NCBI GenBank assembly: GCA_050273025.1
Contig: CP158635.1
Coordinates: forward strand, 6,076,001-6,140,000
Origin: Cenococcum geophilum
Taxonomy: Eukaryota
DNA: 64,000 nt
Direction of reading: 5' to 3'
The notes under the pieces were generated by a model, which worked only from the letters and a program-made list of their open reading frames with translations, was not told the DNA's origin and did not search any database. The position numbers and the translations under genes are program-made. Shown one piece after another: positions 12,783 through 24,849 of this stretch; position 1 is the first letter of the stretch, and each line of letters begins with the position of its first letter.

Positions 12783-15700
12783 CCGGCTTCCCTTTCCACA
12801 CATTCTATCTTTGACCACTGGTCGTTTTCTGTGTTTTTAAATTCTACTTCACGATGGTTGCATGGCGTTTTCTCGGAACTGGGCAAAGCGAAGCATCGGC
12901 AAATACCAAAGTAAATTGGCTACTGGGACTGCCTGAGGCGTTTTTAATGGCTCTTTGTCTTTCATGGGGGATTTCTGGTCCTTGGCATCTCGGCATGGTA
13001 CTTGCTGCTTTTCAATACCTTGATCTGTTTTTTTCTGTTGAGCTTATGGGCAAGCGATGCTGCCTTCGCCAGGTCCGTACGCCACACTCTCTCGTCGTCT
13101 TCGTCATGGCCATCATATGTACGTAAAATCCCCTTCCAGCCGATCTCGTAGAGACGGCAGTTACTCACGATTTAATTAGATTAGATGGCCCCATTCGTTT
13201 TTCTGCTTTATTCACGTGACGAGACGGCTGAGAGAGGTTGTAGCGATAGACACCGTTGCACCTATGCCGTTATTCTTGCTCCTTTGTAGTCTAGGAGATT
13301 CTCTTCTGTTGCCCATCGCCATCGTCTGCACCTTCGCTCAACTTCCGAGCCATTCGCTTCAGTATAGCAGTATTCGCTGACGTTCTTGATTATTTAGATG
13401 AACAAGAATTCGCACTATCAGAGCAAGCCTCACGCAGCGTAGATGCCCTCGTCAACGATATAGACACTGACTCCCTAATGGGTCTGCCAACCTCGGGAAG
13501 CCGTATCCTCGAGCAACCACGCCGCTCGACGCCCACGATACCGCCCGGGTTTTCAGCCCCAGCTACCCCGAGGCTTCCAGCTGACCAACCCCTTCGCCCA
13601 ATTTCGCGAACTGCAATGACCACTATTACTCCCGCTGTCCCTGTAATCCCAGCTACTCCACTTAGAATAGCTACACCCGTGAAGCCTAGGAAAGACAAGA
13701 AACCTGCAGACATATCTGAAGATCATACTGGTATAGGTGCTAGTGGCAAGACTTATGTATCAGACAGTCCGGCAAGCCTTGACAGGAACAAAGCAGGACA
13801 GAGATCCACTGCCTCAAAATCAGATCAGCCTACTGCTAAGACACCCATGGGCACTCCAGACAAGACTAACCAACTGAAGAAAGATATTAAGCTCACGGGT
13901 GATAGTTCGATTCCATCAGAAGTTATGAATCTGAAGTTACCATCGAAGGTTGAGAGTAGATCGAAGAGGATGATTTCAGATTCTACACCAATTACAAAGA
14001 TAAGCTCTACCCCGAGTGCAGAGTTGAGTCCCCAGAAGGGGACGAAATCAACATCGAAGACTGCCTCTGGCTCGACGAAGCGTCAGCCTCCTGGCAGACT
14101 CGATATTTCCGCAGCTACTAAACTATCTGACAAGTATGTGAATGAGTCTCCAGCTACCTCAACGGCTATAAAGTTGGACACGCAAGCCAAAAACCCTCGC
14201 GCTGTCTCGCTTGCTTCAACAGCTTCACATCCGCCGAGTCCAGCTATTCCATCGACAGGTTCACCCGTGAAACGAACAGCGCCGAGGACTATTCGTGTCT
14301 TACCTATGCCTAAGTCGGAGAATCCGCCTCCGCTGTCCGCTTCATCTGCTGCATCCGTACCACCGCTCCCTACCGTTGGTAAGCTGCGCTCAAGACAAGC
14401 GAGTGTCACGTCCATCAATCAACCTGGCACTCCGGCTAGTGAATTCGTATCAGACAATGCATCTGTAACCTCGACTTCTATCTCACGAGCCAACTCGCCG
14501 CCAGCTGGAGGTAAAGTTGGCTCAGCACCTATCAGAAAGAAGACAAAGACACAAGCAAAGAAGGAGCGCCAGGAGCGCGCGAAGCAAATCGCCGAAGAGA
14601 AAATAATGGTAATGGAGGATTTTGTGAAATCATCTGACCCAGAGCCCGTGCAAGCTCCTATTATTGGGCGTAAGAAGAAAGCCAAGAAGCAAGTCGGCGG
14701 CAGTGCGACTGTTGCATCTACACCAACCCTCAGCCGTCCATCTTCATCCAAATCCACCAAACGTGAGAAGGCAGAAGAGGAACGTGAGGCAGCTGAATCG
14801 TCAAGTTCCGCTCCAGCGCCTGCTGTGAAGTCGTCCGCCCCTACGGCGAAGAAGTCGTCGCCAGTCAAACCTTCATCACCACGCAAATCCTCGCCGGCGC
14901 CCGATGACCCGTCCAGCTCCAACAAGCCAACCCAACCTCAACCCCAACCGACCGCCGCGTCTATCCTCGCAGACCTCCAGCGCACAGGCGAACTCCTCGC
15001 CTCAACCCTCGAGTTCTTCAAACCGCTCTCCTCGTCCCTCTCCCACCGTACTGCCTCCCCGGTCTCTCCCTGCACAGACGCGAACGGCATGCCCTCGCCA
15101 CCGGACTTAAAGATCCACTTCTCAGAAGCGGACCTCGACGCGCTCACGAAGAAACTCCCCGTCCACCTCGGCGGCGACGACGGCAAAACCTCCTCGCGCA
15201 CGCTCATCACGCCGCAAGGCAAGTTCCTGTGGGGCCTAAGCAAAGAGCTCGAAGAGCGGGTCCTCGAGCTCGAGAAGCGCGTCGAAGAAGTCCGCGGCGT
15301 CGGGCGCTGGCGGCCGCGCAACGCGAGCGGCCGCAAGCCCGCAGCAGACACGCAAGGCACGCTTGGCGGGCGCAAAGCCAAGAGGGGCGGAGGAGGCGGC
15401 AGCAACGGAGGCGACTTCCGCACCGATGTGCTCCCCGCTATCGCCACGGCGCTGAAAGAGGCCGGCGCGAAGCTCGGCAAACAACAACAGCAGCAGCAGC
15501 AAGCATCCGCCACCCCCACCTCTGGCTCCGGCTCTGGCGCTGGCGCTGGCTCCTCGGCCTCCGCCGCCGCCGCCGCCACCGCCAAGTCCGCCGCCGCCCA
15601 GAAACACCACATGTCCTTCGACGACGCCCTAGGCTACCTGAACCAATGGGTCCTGCCGGCCACTGACCCGGCTTCCAGCGGCGGGCTGCCCAGCGCCCAC

Positions 15701-16228
15701 CACCATCACCACCATCACCATCACCATCAGCCGCAGCAACCCAGCGTCGGCCCCCCGCCACCCACTTCCACCGCCTCCCTCCTCAGCGCCGCCAAACTCG
15801 CCGCCGGCAGCGGCAGCGGCGGTGCAACCGCGCTTCCGATCCCGGACCTGGAAAACCTGGGCGTGTTCGCGGCGGAGGTGCTGGGGGGTTATGTCGTGCA
15901 AGGGCTCGAGGCGCTGGTGGGGGTCGGGGCGGGGGTGGGCGGGACGACGTTCGGGCCTGCGTCCACGGGCACGGGCACGGGATCCGGGGCCGGTGGGGAG
16001 GGTGGTGGTGGAGGCAGGGGTGGAGGGGGCGCGGGCGGGGTGTTGGGGGTTGAGGAGGCGGAGCAGGCGATGCTACAGAGTCGGCGCGAGGCGGAGCAGT
16101 TGGAGAAGAAGGTTAATGCGCTCGTGAAGCGGAATCGGCGCGTTTTGTCCGGGGCGGTAGGGGGGGGTAGGTTGGGGTTGGGGGTTCGTTTGGTGGATTT
16201 GGAGGAGGGTGAGAGAATGAGAGGCTAA
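10126..16228 (+). CDS. NOT4: Not4 long isoform (~1659 aa) formed by splicing into the 13398-16228 terminal exon
   Basis: A phase-1 donor GTGAGT at 12451 (alternative GTGGGT at 12736), a branch site GCTGAC at ~13376 and the acceptor TTTAG at 13397 join in frame to the 916-aa ORF 13478-16228. Total exon length of 4980 nt is a multiple of 3. Confidence 0.7.
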
Positions 16229-16728
16229 GAAGATTTTAAAATGGTATATATACTTTTTTGACTCTACGTGGCGGGTTTCGGGGTCGTCTATGCGTTTTGC
16301 TGGTGCTGGACTGGCCGGCGTAAAAACGGAGGGGAACGGATCGAAATATCATGGCTTTGGTGCCGTGGTTTGTATTACTATCCAACGCTTGCTCTACAGC
16401 GCCTGCGGCATGTACTTTTAGGTCCGAAACCAGGGCCACTTGGGAGAATGGGCATATCTCAAACAAGATATGGCGAAGTACATACAAATATACGTACATA
16501 CAGAAAAATCTTTCAAGAATATAAGACCTGTGGATGAACTATGGGATCTTGAATTACAGGTCACCAAATCCTCAGTTGCCAGTGTCTTAGAATTATATTA
16601 TTGCTCAGGCTGAGGTGATTAAGTCGCGAGACTCGAACGCGCATCTTACTGCTCTAAGGTGTCCGCCAAATATGTACGGAGGGAATACATATACAAGAAA
16701 CGTTCGATAATCAATCCAAAGCAACGCA

Positions 16729-19700
16729 TCAAGACGCTTGCCCCTGTCCTGCCACAGCAGCCGCATTCCCTTCCCTCGCATGCGCCGGCGCTCTACCACC
16801 TCTATTGCCACCACCACCCCTACCACCCCGCGCCCCCTTACTCTTGCCCTTCCCACCCCTCTCCCCCCCATCCTGCCTCACACTCGCAAGGCTCGCCACA
16901 GCCTCTCCCTCAGCTGACACAGCCGCAGCGGCGCCATTACCGCTTTCGCCATCGCCCTTCTTCCCGCGGCCCCGTCCACCGCGGCGGCCTCCTCTGCCAC
17001 CCCTGCCGTGTCCGCGACCAGTCTTCTCGCGGTCCTCGGCTCGCCTCCTCACCTCTTCCTCTTGCATGACGCGCCGGCTCTCCTGGTCCCACCATTCCTG
17101 GAACTCCTGCTCCTGCTGAATCTCGTGCAGGCTGCGCTTGGCGACCGCGTCGCGGATGACGTCCTTCTCGGCCTGCTGCTGCGACAGGATAGCCGGGATG
17201 GAGAGGTGCTGTGTCGGCGAGGTTGTGGAGTGCGCGTGGGCGGGCGGGGGAGTGTGACGGATCGAGTGGAGGGTTGGGATGGGCTTGGTTGTTGAGACGG
17301 CGGAGGCTGAAGAGGAGCCTGGCCGTTGCGGAGTGCTGCCGCTGGGGTTCGAGACGCTGCGGGTTTGCTGAGGCGGCTGTGGCGTCTTCTGTCTGGATGG
17401 CGGCCCGCTGTTGGCGACGGTCTGGCGCATCGTGAGTTGTGGCGTGCTGGCCGGACAGGAGCTTTGTGGTGTTGAAGACAAAGCGGGACTGCTGCTTAGG
17501 CCTCCCCTGCGTTCGGAAGAGACTGCATGCCATGGTGATACTGTAGGTGGAGTGGGCTGTGGTTTCTCAGTGCTACTTGGTGTACCTGGCTGCCCGAGCT
17601 GCTGAGTTTGCTGCAGGCGCTTCCGTTCTTTCTGTGACATCTTCGTTGTGAAATACCCTACCGGTCGTTCTGTTATTTTGGCTTCGGTTGAGAACCCGAT
17701 GCTGAGATTAGACGGTCGGTCTGAAGATGTCTGAGCCATAATATCCCTCATATCCAGTTTTGTCGGATTCAAAAGTGTCGCACCCCATGGTCGTCCTGGA
17801 GCCTTCGCTTCTTGGACTGTTCCTGAGCGACCTGATGTAATCGAGTGGCGTAGGGATAAATTGTCGATACCAAGACCTTGAGAAGAGGACCGTCTTTTCC
17901 TTTTAATTTCTAACCAGGACTCATTCGGAGAACCTACAGTCGAAACCTGCCCATCAAGTCCATCAAACAGAGTGTCATTCTCGCCAGGCGTTTGACTTCC
18001 AGATCGTTTTGCAGGTGAATCACCCTCTTCGTCGGACATCTCAAATATGAGATCTGCCAAAGAATTCCCCTTCAAAACAGGGGTAAGACCAGGGCTGATG
18101 GGTTCCGGCTTTGATTCCTTGGAGGCTTTCCTGCGAGCTCGTTGTCGTAGAGGGGAGGCAGACATTTCTTCCAGGCTTTGAGCTTTAAATGAGGTTAACG
18201 CAGCCCCATCTCCTTCAGAAAACTTGTTCGAAAGCACAATCGAATCGATCTTGGCACGTCTCCCTCGGTCTATTTTCTCTGCAAGCTCCGGGTGCTTTTC
18301 CAAAAGAAGGGTTTCCGCTCTCCCACTCCTAGCAAATGGTAAGAACGCAAGTTGATTATCTCGTACGACTTGATTGAGCTCAAGTAGAAGATCTTCATCA
18401 AGTTCGTCCAGCGATCTATAGATTTGGTGTTAGATACAATTTCAGAGGGCGTTGGCATCACATACCCATTCTGCAAGACCGCCTCCAGGCTAAGACAGAC
18501 GTACTCCAAGCCGGCATCTTTGAATTCAGCTACGGAACTAGGAGCGATGGCATTAAGAAGTTGGCAAACATTACGAGCGTTCACTAAATGGTCAGCATAT
18601 ACAGTCTGCAGAGCAAGAGTTTACTCCTACCATAACGCCCTATCATCTTCTGGCATATTCGAGACAGCCGGCCTAACATCAACTCATTTGCTACTCCCAT
18701 GACATCCATGATATGATCTAGCAGCTCATCCAAAGCAAGGTAGTCGTTGAGGTCCTCGCTAACAACGTCGTCAAACAACTCCTCCCCAGCATCCGCGTAA
18801 ATATGTCGTACGACCAGTTGGAAAATATCTCGGTCAATATGCTTGAGGTCTACGGTGATGATATCGGAGGGTTCTTCAAGTAGATTGCGCCGGCCTGCAA
18901 GCCACTGACCTCCTGCTCGGCCTTTGAAAAGACCTTGGAAGAAAGGGCATCTTTGGCAGATGAGAGTAGAATGGACTTGAAACTCGTCGCCATTTGCAAG
19001 TTCTACTACGACGTCACCATCATCGAAGAAAGTAGGGTCGTTAATGGCAAGGCCCATATCCAGGTTCAGAGATCGCCTTGGGCTGATCATCTGTCGTACG
19101 GCAGACTCCAGTTGTCGTAGCTCAAGCCGGGAAGCCAACCTCATGAGCTCAGTCCGAACTTGGCGGTATCGGAAAGCCATCTTAGGGAATTGCCGAATGA
19201 CATGCCAGAAATCAATAACAGAATCCGTGTAGACATACAAGACCAGGTTGAATATTGTGAGGAAATCAAAACCTTGGAAGATGAGTGATGCTCGTCCATC
19301 GCCATCACGATTAACAGTAAGAACATCCGGGATATTAAAATTACCACCTTCATGAAGTTTAGTCCACCCTTGCCTTAGAACGGGGCTACGACCGGAAAAG
19401 ATGAACTGATGAGCAGGCATGCGCACATCTGAAACGCTGGTCCCTATATCTATGTCGTATGCAATGTCGTCGCTGTTGAGAGTTCGACGAATAATGTCTG
19501 CAACTTCAGTCTCAAGATGTTTGGATTTAAAAACTCGCTTTCTAAGCGACTCGGCCTGTGAAGGTTTTAGCCAGAAACGGGGACTCGGGTTTTCATCAGA
19601 GCCCTCTTCGTAATTTGCGAGATCACGGAATGGCAGAAGTGGTGTTAAATCTTTCCAGAGAGTTGGCTCATCCACAGCGATCTGGGTTCTTGTCACATCG

Positions 19701-21766
19701 CAATCTTTGCGGACCGCGGCATACGCTCCATAAGCGGACGCTCTTACAGCAACCACTCTAGTGAGACCTGGTATTCTTGAGAATTTATAGTCCTTTGGCT
19801 TGTACTCCCCGGTTCCCGCAGCGCTTGCATCCTTGATGGTTGCTCTCTTCGTCCTCCTCCAGACGCTTCCTGCTTCTGTCGTCAGAACAATAGATCCGTC
19901 CTGGTCAACATCCACATCCCTGGCGGCCATATGGCATTTCTTAGCAGACCATATTCGATGCGGTTGAGACAGCGCACCACGAATTTTGCTTGGGTTAGTT
20001 GTGGACATGTTCGCATCCTGACTAGGTTCAGATCGTTTGCTTAAAGCCACGGTAAAGACTTCGCCAGAGCTGGACAGTGCACAAATAGTGTCACCTCCCG
20101 ACGTGATTTTACATATCCTGTTCGGCGTAGTGTCATACTTAGTTGTGAGGAAGCTAGCCTTCAAGAAATAATTGGTGAATCCATCCAATGGGAAGACCAG
20201 CTTAGCATAACCGTAGTTTGCAAAGACCCAGACTTCGTAGTTTTCAAGCAAACAGATAGTAGCTCCATCAATTGCTGAAGCGGAAGTGATGGGTGATGAA
20301 AAGAGCGATGCAGCGATTTTACGCGGTGTAACTTGAACTTCAAGAGAACGAGCGTCCGAGTCCACAATACCGAGCTGGCCTTCATTCTTGCCAAAAGTGT
20401 AGAGTGAGTTGGTTGTATACGCAACAGAATGGATGCGGGATGCCGCGATGCCGATCACAAGTTCCCTCTTTAGGGGCCCAAATATTTGACGCGGCAGAGT
20501 CTGGATAGGATCTTCGTCCTTCAGGTTCGATTTTGGCAGGCTATATCCAAGCTGTCCGAATGCATTGTTTCCCCATGAGAAAATATCTCCTTCATCTGAT
20601 ATAGCCAAAGAGTGATTTTGACCTAGCGCAACTGCAACTACCTTCTTCTGTGCTAGGGCACCACCTTCAATACACACAAACTGATATCGGGTGGTTTCGT
20701 TGCCGATCCCAAGTCGACCTCCAGGCCCGTGTCCGCACATGTACAGATTGGACTCAGGATCAGTTGTCAGAACTGCCGTATGAAGTTTCGACATCTGTAT
20801 GTCCTGTATTGCCAATGGTGTGTTTCGGATAATGGTCGGGAGTGAGGTGATGGCCTTTGGCTGAAGCGACGCTGATTCGGTAAGAGGCAAATTCATAGAA
20901 GCCCACATCCGAATTTGGTTTTCCCGATGTTCTCTGTAAAATCTTTGCACAAGATGGTCAGGTCTTCGAATCGTAATGCGCTCGGGAAACTGCCGGTCAT
21001 CCTCATCGCCGAAACCAAGAGTGACATTCTTATTGCTCCCGAAAGTGAACACCTCGTCACCTTCAAGATTAACCAGGGGTCGTATCAACCTCCTTTTGGT
21101 TGTCCCATCGTCTCTATCCCCGCTGTCACCATGCGCGACGCCGTCGTCATTGTTCTCCGAATCCGAGTCATGAGTCTGAGTTTCATCCGGTCTGAGAGGC
21201 CGATCTTTAATTGTCATGGAAAATAGATCTAGAGGGCCATATCCCTCCTTGTCTTTGATCTTTACGAGACCTCTAGCGTGATGATTTATTCCGCCTGTCC
21301 CATGACCAAGGATATCCTGAGTGTCTCGGTTTAGAATTAGGCGTGCGATTGCTACGTTGCCAAAATAGAAAGCCCTATGAAGTGCAGTCCATCCATTTTC
21401 TAAGTCTGGAATATACAGATCAGTCAGTGGATGTTCCAAGAGAGCTTGCGCAAAGCCGATTGCGTTGTGAGATGTAGAAGATGCGGCATGATGTAAAATC
21501 GTAAGACCGGTAGCATCCCTACTGTTGACGTCTGATCGGGTTAAAGATACATTAAAGAAACCCATGCTCTTCCGCCCTTTGCTGGTCAGCGTTGGAGAGG
21601 TCCCAAAACTGCCAGGGCTGTTTAGGCCGGCTCCAAAACTTCCTCCCTGCCAGCCCACAAAGCCTTTCTGTGTTCCCAGACGCGTATTATGACCGGCATT
21701 TTCCACAACTTGTCGGAAATTGTCGACGTCATCTTCGAGGAAGTATTTCCAAAGATATCCGCTCAT
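16729..21766 (-). CDS. Ankyrin + RCC1-repeat + tandem BTB protein (IBTK / S. pombe Btb1-like Cul3 adaptor); 3 exons
   Basis: Ankyrin motifs (GLTILHHAA; ENGWTALHRAFYFGN), RCC1 repeats (FTFGSNKNVTLG; CGHGPGGRLG; SWGNNAFGQLG) and BTB motifs (AHQFIFSGRSP; VHSTLICQRCPFF). Introns 18630-18584 and 18465-18416 join the 1060-aa and 524-aa ORFs. The tail has SLHEIQQEQEFQEWWDQE and is RGG-rich. Confidence 0.88.
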
Positions 21767-24700
21767 GTGTTGGAAATGAGCTCGAGTAATCCTGTCGCTC
21801 CGGCAAATTGCACCTCGCTATGACCACGATGAGCCAAAGCCTATTTAAAGGTGCTAGGTGCGAAGCTGAGGAAAACTCCGAGGGAAAAAACACCTGCCAC
21901 CCGCAAGTGCTTGCTGACAAGAACAAGTGGCGAAGTGCGTAGGCTAGCGGGGTTGAGACGTTGAAAGTATACCGCGGGATTCGTGAGATGAGAGCTCAAA
22001 AAGGATCGCAGAGTCGGTATCGCCCTGGCACTCAAAGGCGATATTCCTCGGCTTTTGCGCAGATGAATTAGTTGTGGTTGTTGACTTCGAGTGCTGTTGA
22101 GGACAGTGTCGACGAAACGTGTGCGCTAGATTTCCAACGGGATTTTTGGTCGCAGTGACTCAGTAGATTCAGAATGTAGTCTGAAGTACTGGGGAGTGGC
22201 CAGATATTGCTCGAGTGTCTTGGAGGGGTAGAGTGGTTGGATGCGCGAAAGGAGCTTTGCGAGTAATCATTCCGGAGGTTGGGGTTCCAGCCAATCAAGG
22301 AACGAGTAGCTCCCAGTGGGCTTGTACTTTGGCAGGATTTGTTCTTCCATGACCCTCATGAACAGCACAAAATGAACACAAAGAAGAAAGTTTGGAAACT
22401 TCAATAGCAAGGGAGTAAAGGAGTATTCTATCTCTCCTAACAATGTTGTTGACGCTTCTCCTGTATGCGCACGTTCTCCGCTGCGATTGGCGGTGCGAAT
22501 CATGCTTGGCATCATTCTTCAAAGCTGTCGATCCCATCGCGCAGATTCATTGAGGGGAGCCCGCGGAATATCTTTCGAATATATGATCGGCATGCCCTGG
22601 ACTACAATATACCCAAAGGACCTCGGTAGAGTGTTGCCGAATTCACACTTTCAAGCAGCTATTAGCTATATTTCCTCCACGTTGCTACAGCGTCCACTCA
22701 ATGGGATATGACCTAATATATGCGCTTACGGATACCTTCGGATACTCAAGAGAACGGCAGAGGTCCTCTGTATATGTAGGCTTGGAGTGCTCCGGATACT
22801 CGTCCAAAACTCATGACGCATGGCAACGATGAGAAAAATGGCCCTTCCGGTGAAGCCTTTACCAACAGCGCATGTACTAGTATGATACGGTGAAGAGCTC
22901 CACGACCTATCGGAAGGGCTACTTCCCCGGATTACGTCATATAGAGACCCTTTTTCGTACGTGTACGTATCGTGCTATGGCTACGGACCGCTCAACATGA
23001 ACGACAGGGAACGCTCTGCACAGGACCATCCCTCTACAGCATTGAAGGGATTCCGGGCCTTCCATGTTGTCAGCACGCACCTTAGGAACAAGTAGCTAGT
23101 ACACGAATCACTGAATATCCCGGGAGAATGTGTATAGCATTCGGGAGGGTTTCACCTCGTTTTCACGAGTCAGGCACGATTGGTCTAGAACGTTGAGCGG
23201 GACCTTGAGACCTCCACCAGATCTCTGGAAAGAGCACCATCGGAATAGACACCTCTTCTAAGACAAAACCCACCAAACCCCAGATTATCAATGCTTGAGC
23301 GATTCTTGGGAAGCCTTTGGCAAGCTTCCACGACTACAATTGTCCTGATTGGGGGTAGTGAAGTGCCCCTAGGCCTTGCGCAAATGCAACAAGTTCCATG
23401 GACGTCAACCTCCCCTCGGTGGTCTCTGAGTTGGTTCCATTGACATCTTGCCTTTTGGGTATAGAGTCGAAATCAAAGCCACAGGCCAATATGCAGTGCA
23501 TTAATCAGCAGAAAGCATTGCATGGCATCAATTATCGTCTGAGAGCTGTGGCTAGGGCATTTTATTTGTAGATCCCCATCTGTTTCTTTCTCCCCGTCCA
23601 ATGAGGGTGTGGTGGGCTTTGCGTTCAAGGCAACCAAGGGCTTCACCAATGGGAATTGCAGAGGTTTCCCGCACACTTTATATTAGATGATACTTTCAAG
23701 CCTCCACGACAATTCAATGCGATCTTTGCCGAATGCAGACAGCTACTTTTGCTCGACGAAGGGGCCGTGGTCAAGGCAGCCGCGGTGCAGGAGGGTGAAG
23801 ATGCTGCGATTGGCCCACCAGTAGCGACGTGAGAGGCCAATAGGACGCGGGCAGGGTTGCTCAGTGTTCATGCGGTGCAGCAAGTTTTCACGGGACCGGT
23901 CATGGCTAGGCCATGGCTTCGCTGGCGTTTGATGCACGCATATCATCTCTGGCGGACGTTTTGACTGGTGCTTAAGTTAGTGGAACCGGGGAAGCGTCAA
24001 GTTATGGATGGGCAGGTTGGGTTCTCTCTGTCGTGGCGGCGGTTGGCAGCCTTTCAGCAATTCTCAGTGGTTTTCATCGCTGGCGTTGGGAGCCTTGCCG
24101 CGCCCTTTAGCGTCCTGCGGCGGCTTCAGTGCCGGTCGCCGCCCCAGCTTTTGGAAGCTTTGGAAAGCTCAAGCCCTGTTCACAGCAACCAGACCCAAAT
24201 CTCCTTCGCCTTGCCCACACTGCTAAATTGCCAGCCCTCCGTCAAACCCACTCCTCCTGCATCGTTATCCATCAATTGTCTCTGTGTTTATTGCTACGAA
24301 ACACTTCGCAGCGCCTGTTCCAGCTCTGTCATCCTGCTATCAGTCATCGGCGTCATTCTCGGCGTCATTCGAAGGAGTCACATGGAGCCTTAACCACCTT
24401 CTTGACCCCTTTGACACTCCAACAACCGTAGCGCCACCCCGAGCTACTCCTGCGCCCTTTCCCAGCGACATCCTGCAACCCAACGGCCTTCTCTAACAGG
24501 GTCCTCAACCTTATCTCCCGCCTGAGGCAGGCAGTTTCTCATCGAACTAGGACCTATACAGAGCAGATCATGGCTGTTGCCTGAGCTCCGCACTCAATAA
24601 GACTCACCTCGCGTGTTCTTGTCTGCTGAAGCCATCTATCTGACTTTTCCCGGCTGTGCTGTCTCGATTGGACCCTGGATAGCGACCCGCGACCTGCTGC

Positions 24701-24849
24701 TCTCGTGATGGATTCCATCAGTACTCACACTTTTCATCCGCAACTGCGATAATTGCTCCCTTTTGCACCCACTAGTGGTCTTCTCAACGATAGCCACAGT
24801 AACTTGCTACCCAAAAACATTATAACTACCCTGATCGCCCTGCTGCACC

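Noticed and set aside
13478..16228. 916-aa ORF as an independent gene
   Set aside because: The frame is open upstream to a canonical acceptor that is in phase with NOT4 donors, so it is better explained as a NOT4 exon.
21800..24849. Short ORFs, possible uORFs and a 5'UTR intron (~24721-24776) between the BTB gene and ATG13
   Set aside because: No recognisable motifs and only weak splice signals; treated as divergent promoter/UTR sequence.
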